DNA of 64,000 bases from Acidobacteriota bacterium (GTDB lineage: Bacteria > Acidobacteriota > Vicinamibacteria > Marinacidobacterales > Marinacidobacteraceae), in assembly GCA_022822745.1 (NCBI GenBank), contig JAJEAO010000077.1, positions 5,143 through 69,142 on the forward strand, read 5' to 3'. Below are positions 59,090 through 64,000 of this stretch, piece by piece (position 1 is the first letter of the stretch; the number at the start of each line of letters is the position of its first letter). The position numbers were made by a program, and so were the translations under genes. Under the pieces are notes generated by a model, which was given only the letters and a program-made list of their open reading frames with translations, ran no database searches and was not told the DNA's origin.

Positions 59090-59985
59090 CACCAGCCGGT
59101 GGTCCGCGAGGCGCGGAGCACTGGCGCCGCACCCGGGCCGAGAGACGGAAGGAAGACTCCCGCAGTCTAGCGCGCCGTTCCGATCGCTGTGGCCCGATGG
59201 GCCCGCCTCGCTCCGGGTGATGCGGCGGAGAGCCGCTCGATGTCCGGTGGTCCTGATGGACGCCCCGCCGATCCGATCCTGCGGGGACAAGCGGTTCTTC
59301 ATTACGCCCGGCCCGTGGACTCGCCGGCCCACGACTTGGGTGGATCGGTTCGAGGACCGGGAAGGGAAGCCGCAACTCGTATTGCGGGCGTAATTGCAGG
59401 GGGCGTCGGATAGGGCGCGAGCGTGGGCTCGGGAGGGGCGGCGTGGATCGGGGCGTCGTCCGGCCGTCGAACGGGTTGGAAAGAGAAGACGGTGGCCGAG
59501 TGCAAGGTCGTGAGAGGGGATCCCGAGCGGACAATCCTGGAGCGGGTGCGGCAGATCGCCCGCGCGGGGACGGTTCGGGGCGCCTGATGGTGTTCGACCG
59601 TCGGGAGCGGCTGAACCGGGAGGAGCGGATCTTCGCGCGGAAGGCGGCGTCGGGAGCCGGCGCCGTCCGCCGCCTGCGGCATGTCGCCATCAGGACGCTG
59701 TCGGCGCCATGGCCGGCGCGCCAGCCTCCGACTCGCCAGCTCCTGAGTTCCACCCGTCAGGCTTCCAGAGTCGAGGCGGAGTCCGACTGCAATGCCCTCG
59801 CCGGCCAGAATCGCCGTCTTCTCGGTGGCCATTCCGGCTGCCGCACCAGATCCGCGACCGGCTGCGCGAAACGACAGATCCCCGAGGGCGTCCGCTCCTG
59901 GACAAGGACCAGGGCTGAGCGGTCGTCCGTCGGGATGGCTGGCTCTCTCGCTCCGCGGTCCCGGCCGCTCCTGCGGTAGGGGCGT

Positions 59986-60192
59986 GGCCGAGGTGTTTCG
60001 GGAGGGCTGTCACCGGTTCCCGCATCTGTCGAGTGGGGCCGGATGCGGCGCATCCCGAATCCCGGACTGTCCCGCGAATGGGGTGGGGGCGTCTGCCTTC
60101 CGGGCCCCGTTCGCCGGGCTCCGGGCCGGCGCGGCCGGGATGTCGGGACGGACCTTGGCTGTTCCCGTTCGACAGTCGGATGATCCATCCCG
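59986..60192 (+). repeat. Leader copy 1 of a 571-bp-offset segmental duplication
   Basis: Near-identical to 60557-60763. Contains the 15-bp palindrome GGATGCG-G-CGCATCC at 60041-60055. Confidence 0.8.
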
Positions 60193-60486
60193 ATGACCGT
60201 GCAACTCATGGCCATCATCGGTGCCGGCGTCGCCGCCGTCGCCCTCATCCTCAGCGTCGCGGCGTACGTCGCCGGCTGGCAGGAGGCGATCCGCGAGGAG
60301 CTTCGCGCCGGACTCGAAGCAGCCCGGACCGACCGGAGTGCGCTCCGGGCGGAAATGCGACAGGTCCGGGAGGCTCTCCGCTCCGTCCGGCGGGAAATCC
60401 ATGCTCTCGGAGAGCGGGTCGCCCGGATCGAGGCAGCTCTGCGTCGCTCCCCGGGGGACATCGAGTCAGACGAAGCCTCTCGCTGA
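60193..60486 (+). CDS. Small N-terminally TM-anchored coiled-coil protein (paralogue A)
   Basis: MTVQLMAIIGAGVAAVALILSVAAYVAG, then an AIREELRAGLEAARTDRSALRAEMRQVREALRSVRREIHALGERVARIEAAL helix. Confidence 0.65.
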   Translation: MTVQLMAIIGAGVAAVALILSVAAYVAGWQEAIREELRAGLEAARTDRSALRAEMRQVREALRSVRREIHALGERVARIEAALRRSPGDIESDEASR

Positions 60487-60556
60487 CGGCAGGGTCTCGC
60501 TCTCGCAGGATCAGGGATCAGGGACTCGCACCGGGTGGATCTTGGGGTAGAGTCCG

Positions 60557-60763
60557 GGCCGAAGTGTTTCGGGAGGGCTGCCACTGGTTCCGCCATCTGT
60601 CGGGTGGGGCCGGATGCGGCGCATCCCGAATCCCGAACCGTCCCGCGAACGGGGCGGAAACGCATGGCTCCTGGGCACCGTTCGCCAGGTTTCGATCCGG
60701 CGCGGCCGGGAGGTCGGGACGGACCTTGGATGTTCCCGTTCGACAGTCGGTTGTTCCATCCCC
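60557..60763 (+). repeat. Leader copy 2 of the segmental duplication
   Basis: Aligns with 59986-60192 with scattered substitutions. The same palindrome occurs at 60612-60626. Confidence 0.8.
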
Positions 60764-61213
60764 ATGACCAGACCACTCATGGCCACCATCGGCGTCGGCG
60801 CCACCGTCGCCGCCCTCATCGTCAGTGTCGCGGCGTACGTCACCGGCGGGCAGCATGCGATCCGCGAGGATCTTCGCGCCGGTCAGCAGGCGATCCGCGA
60901 GGAACTCCGCGCTGGGCAGCATGCGATCCGCGAGGAACTCCGCGCTGGGCAGCATGCGATCCGCGAGGAGCTTCGCGCCGGACTCGAAGCAGCCCGGACC
61001 GAGCGGGACGCGATCCGCGAGGAGCTTCGCGCCGGGCTCGAAGATGCCCGGACCGACCGGAGTGCGATCCGGGCGGAGATTCGACAGATCTGGGAGGCGC
61101 TCCGCTCCGTCCGGCAGGAAGTCCATGCGCTCGGAGAGCGAGTCGCCCGGATCGAGGGAGCCCTGCGTCTCTCCGCGGAGGAGGATGTCGGGCCGGGCGA
61201 ATCGTCTCGCTGA
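60764..61213 (+). CDS. Small N-terminally TM-anchored coiled-coil protein (paralogue B, repeat-expanded)
   Basis: MTRPLMATIGVGATVAALIVSVAAYVTG, then AIRE(D/E)LRAGQ(Q/H) 11-residue units, then the same RSAIRAEIRQIWEALRSVRQEVHALGERVARIEGAL tail as paralogue A. Confidence 0.65.
   Translation: MTRPLMATIGVGATVAALIVSVAAYVTGGQHAIREDLRAGQQAIREELRAGQHAIREELRAGQHAIREELRAGLEAARTERDAIREELRAGLEDARTDRSAIRAEIRQIWEALRSVRQEVHALGERVARIEGALRLSAEEDVGPGESSR
60857..60988 (+). repeat. 33-bp in-frame tandem repeat (hendecad AIREELRAGQH)
   Basis: GCGATCCGCGAGGA... recurs at 60857, 60890, 60923 and 60956, exactly 33 bp apart. Diverged 54-bp units follow at 61010 and 61064. Confidence 0.85.
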
Positions 61214-61635
61214 TATCGGTCTCCGGGCGCCGCGGGGCCGCGCGGGACGGATCGCGCCGAAGGCGCGGTCGTGCGGTTCGTCCCCGGCACTCCTCCAGGG
61301 CGCGAGCCGGATAGATCGAGGACACGCCCGGCGTCGGCGTGTCGGTGACCAGGGTCATGCCAGTGTCGTGCAGGTCGAGGCCGGGAGTGTTCTCCGGAGT
61401 CGCGCCCGTGCGGTGAAACTCGACGATGGCCTCGACGCCGCGAGACGCCATCCGGAGGCACAACTGCGCGGCGGGGCTGGATCGCGGTCCGGCGTCCGAT
61501 CTCGGCCCGCGTCCTCCACGGGACGGCGAGGCTGGGTCGGATCCGGGTCGGACTCTCCCCGAGCTCGATGCGACATCGGACCGGCCGCGTCGGCAGCGTT
61601 CGGCCGGGTCGGCCCGGCTCGGAACCGCTCGGGGC

Positions 61636-62040
61636 TCATTGTCCGGCACAGGTCGCATGTGTTGCAGGACCGGGGGCAGTTGCTCCCGCCGAAGGTCGAT
61701 CGGCAGGATGTGCGGTGACACTTGCTGCGGTAGTACCCGGGGTTTCGGCCGATGCGACTGGTGGGGGAGCGGGCGGGACGGGGCGGTCTGGCGCCAGGCT
61801 GGCCCTCGACCTCCACGCGAGGTGTAGTGCCATAGCTGTCTGTGGCGTGTCGTAACTCTCAACGCCACAACGAGTTGCAAAATCAGACTGTCGAAGATGA
61901 GTCAGACCGGCCTCGATCCCGATGGTCGGCGCCGGCGACGACCGGACGAGCGCGATGGGCGTCGCCGATTCCGAGCCGCAGCCGGCGACGAGGGAGAGGG
62001 CGAATCCGGCAGCCCGGATCCGGCCCCTCGGGAGGTCCAC
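61636..62040 (-). CDS. Possible small lipoprotein (weak call)
   Basis: Lipobox-like ALSLVAGCGSES, 9 nt downstream of the M14 gene stop. The C-terminal half is Pro/Ala-rich and may be non-coding. Confidence 0.3.
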   Translation of the reverse strand: MDLPRGRIRAAGFALSLVAGCGSESATPIALVRSSPAPTIGIEAGLTHLRQSDFATRCGVESYDTPQTAMALHLAWRSRASLAPDRPVPPAPPPVASAETPGTTAASVTAHPADRPSAGATAPGPATHATCAGQ

Positions 62041-62048
62041 GGGCGCGG

Positions 62049-64000
62049 TCAGCGCTCGGGATCTCCCTCGTCCGTCTCCTCCTCTTCCTCGGGCGGCTCC
62101 GGAGGCCGCGGGCGGTCCAGGCGGAGAGACACGCCACCGAAGAACTCGCTCGCGTTCCGGTTCACCTGGTGGTCACCGTCCAGCAGATACTGCAGAACCG
62201 CGCGATCCCACGAGAGGCCGGCGGACGCCACCAGCTTCATCCAGTCACCGCGCGCCGGCTCGTCCGGCGCTTCGGTCCCGCCCGACCAGATCGTGATGCG
62301 CGGGTCGTAGGAGAAGCCGCCGCCCCGTCCCCGCCCGGAGGCCCGACGTCCCTTGATCGGCATCTGGATGTTCACGCCGTCGTGAATGTCCCAGCGGAAG
62401 GACTCCGGGTCGAACTGGATCCCGTAGCGGCGGTAGCGGTCGTAGTTGCGGCGGTTCATGGCTGCCACTGGCCCGTTGGTCTGGATGGCGTCGGTGATGT
62501 AGCCCCGGATCTTCAGCGCCTCTTCCTTGTGGCGGGGCAGTTCCGGGTCGTCCACGACCTCGAAGCCGGGCATGAACCAGCCCTTGTTGAGACCCCAGTT
62601 CCGTTCCGTGCGGCGGCCGGCGCGCACCAGACCGCTGAACTCGCTGAACAACTGGACGAGCTGGTGCGCCGGGTAGCCGTGCGGATTCAGGACGATGTCG
62701 GGGAGCCACATCCGCCACAGGCGGGGACGCACTTCGGCCTCCGGGTAGATCGGCATCGGCTGGCCGGCGTCGGACGTCGAGTCCATTCCGAGGGACGCCC
62801 AGTAGCCGGCGTGGAGGATGTGCTCCGGGTTGACCTGGTGCATGTCCCAGGCGATCTGGGCGCCGTCCGGGTTCTGGATGGGGTGGATGACCACGTTCAC
62901 CCGGTCGAGGGCCTTCTTCACCTCGGGATCGGTGAGCAGCATCTCGGCGAGGCGCAGGACATGGGAGGTCGAGGAGACCTCGTTGGCGTGCTGTCGGGCG
63001 GTGTAGAGGATCGTGGGCTTCAGCAGACTGGCCTTGCGGGCCGACATGTGGCTCGCCTCCACCGGCGGCATCAGGTCCATGGCCCAGGTGGAGCGCCCCA
63101 GGTAGCTCTCGCCGATCCGGTACACGGTGGCTTCGGGGAACTCGGACATCCGGGCGAGGATTCCGTAGGCCTCGGGAGGAGAGATCGGCGTGTCCCACTG
63201 GACGAGCTGGTCGTCGTCGCCCGTTTCGTCGCGAAACGCCATGATGTCCGGGAAGGGCGGAGGAGCCCCGTTCGCGGGCAGGCTCGCGGTGCGGCGGCTG
63301 TCGGGATCGTCTTCCCAGGTCCATCCGGCGGACAGATCCAGCCGACCGAGCCCGGTGAACGCCAGCGCCTCCCGGTACATCCCGGCCTCCCGAAGGTCGC
63401 CGAGAAGCTCCAGGGTCCGGGTCGCCTGTTCGGCCGAGAGGATGCGGGCGTCCGCCTGATCCTCGCCGTGGCGGTCCACGTAGTAGGCGTGCTCGTCGGC
63501 GTCCGTGTCCACCTTGACCCGCAGCCGAAGGTGCGCGACGCCGGCTTCTCCCGCCCGGACACCGAGCGAAAGCGCCCGTGGCCGCTCGACCTCGACCTTC
63601 GAGAGGTTCCGACGCACGGAGCCGGTCCGTCCGTCCGCCGCCGCGTAGTCCACGACCACGGCCGGTCGGCTGGTCCGGAATCCGGTGAACCGGATCTGCG
63701 CCGTTCCGGGAGTCCCGTCCTGCTTCGGGTGCATCCAGGGGAGGACCCGACCCGGATAGGTCAGCTCGGTTCCCATGGTGTTCCGGCCGATGAGTCGCCA
63801 GAAGGTGTGAGTGACGAAGTAGATGTCCTCGTGGAGCGCGTCGTGGGTGGACTCGATCTCCTGCTCGAGTCCGAGCAGCCGCTCCGGTTCGGACAGCGAC
63901 AGATCCACGCGGAGCTCGCCGAAGTAGGGCGCGTCCGCGGGCCCCCGCGGCTTCCCCTCGTGGAGTTCCATCACGTAGTCGTACATCCGGGCGAGCGTGT
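62049..64000 (-). CDS. M14-family zinc carboxypeptidase-like protein (N-terminus beyond the right window edge)
   Basis: ARQHANEVSSTSH (HxxE zinc ligands), IHPIQNPDGAQ and LNPHGYP. The frame stays open upstream of the ATG at 63986 to position 64000. Acidic C-terminal tail. Confidence 0.75.
   Translation of the reverse strand, partial: TLARMYDYVMELHEGKPRGPADAPYFGELRVDLSLSEPERLLGLEQEIESTHDALHEDIYFVTHTFWRLIGRNTMGTELTYPGRVLPWMHPKQDGTPGTAQIRFTGFRTSRPAVVVDYAAADGRTGSVRRNLSKVEVERPRALSLGVRAGEAGVAHLRLRVKVDTDADEHAYYVDRHGEDQADARILSAEQATRTLELLGDLREAGMYREALAFTGLGRLDLSAGWTWEDDPDSRRTASLPANGAPPPFPDIMAFRDETGDDDQLVQWDTPISPPEAYGILARMSEFPEATVYRIGESYLGRSTWAMDLMPPVEASHMSARKASLLKPTILYTARQHANEVSSTSHVLRLAEMLLTDPEVKKALDRVNVVIHPIQNPDGAQIAWDMHQVNPEHILHAGYWASLGMDSTSDAGQPMPIYPEAEVRPRLWRMWLPDIVLNPHGYPAHQLVQLFSEFSGLVRAGRRTERNWGLNKGWFMPGFEVVDDPELPRHKEEALKIRGYITDAIQTNGPVAAMNRRNYDRYRRYGIQFDPESFRWDIHDGVNIQMPIKGRRASGRGRGGGFSYDPRITIWSGGTEAPDEPARGDWMKLVASAGLSWDRAVLQYLLDGDHQVNRNASEFFGGVSLRLDRPRPPEPPEEEEETDEGDPER

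Noticed and set aside
59443-59979. ORFs 59443..59979(+), 59302..59832(-) and 58611..59753(-)
   Set aside because: They are Arg/Pro/Gly-rich and mutually overlapping, with no motifs. I treat the region as non-coding or decayed (see the finding for this interval).
60010-61126. ORFs 60033..60767(+), 60010..60402(-), 60518..61126(-), 60535..61314(+) and 59757..60776(-)
   Set aside because: They are off-frame or antisense to the two coiled-coil paralogues and their leaders. Their apparent length comes from the duplicated, stop-poor GC-rich sequence.

Overview
This is a high-GC bacterial chromosomal window with dense coding. I found no rRNA, tRNA, CRISPR array, integrase or transposase. Many long ORFs in the track are antisense or frame-shadow artefacts of the GC content. 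I called genes from recognisable protein motifs. Layout: a partial rmuC (1-1748, minus strand, absent from the ORF track because it runs off the window edge) and a GT2 glycosyltransferase. Next comes a compact complex I cluster, nuoA-B-C-D-H-I-J-K-N (2.7-9.6 kb), which lacks nuoEFG and nuoLM and is followed by a 7Fe-type ferredoxin. Envelope, protease and redox genes occupy 10-15 kb, a minus-strand transporter block 15-19 kb, and the H+-pyrophosphatase gene hppA 19.5-21.5 kb. From about 21.5 to 34 kb lies a defence-type accessory island. It starts with a palindromic repeat array, followed by a 1756-aa exonuclease-RecQ-UvrD triple-fusion gene. Next are a type I R-M hsdS stub fused to an ImmA/IrrE + DUF4411 cassette, and an AT-richer 606-aa unknown protein divergent from an XRE-ImmA/IrrE regulator. 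It ends with an AlbA_2/Schlafen-like ATPase gene. To the right is a translationally coupled four-gene operon: a BtuF-like protein, CRTAC1/FG-GAP, an octaheme cytochrome-TPR protein and a TonB-type barrel. A second membrane pentaheme cytochrome-TPR operon follows. After that come housekeeping genes (rnhB, UDG, methylmalonyl-CoA mutase catalytic subunit, PhyH, PfkB kinase, rlpA, sorAB, djlA), a 571-bp segmental duplication carrying two TM coiled-coil paralogues, and a partial M14 peptidase gene. The best candidates for an undescribed system are the 606-aa unknown + XRE-ImmA pair and the giant helicase fusion. All family names come from motif recognition by eye. No database search was run.
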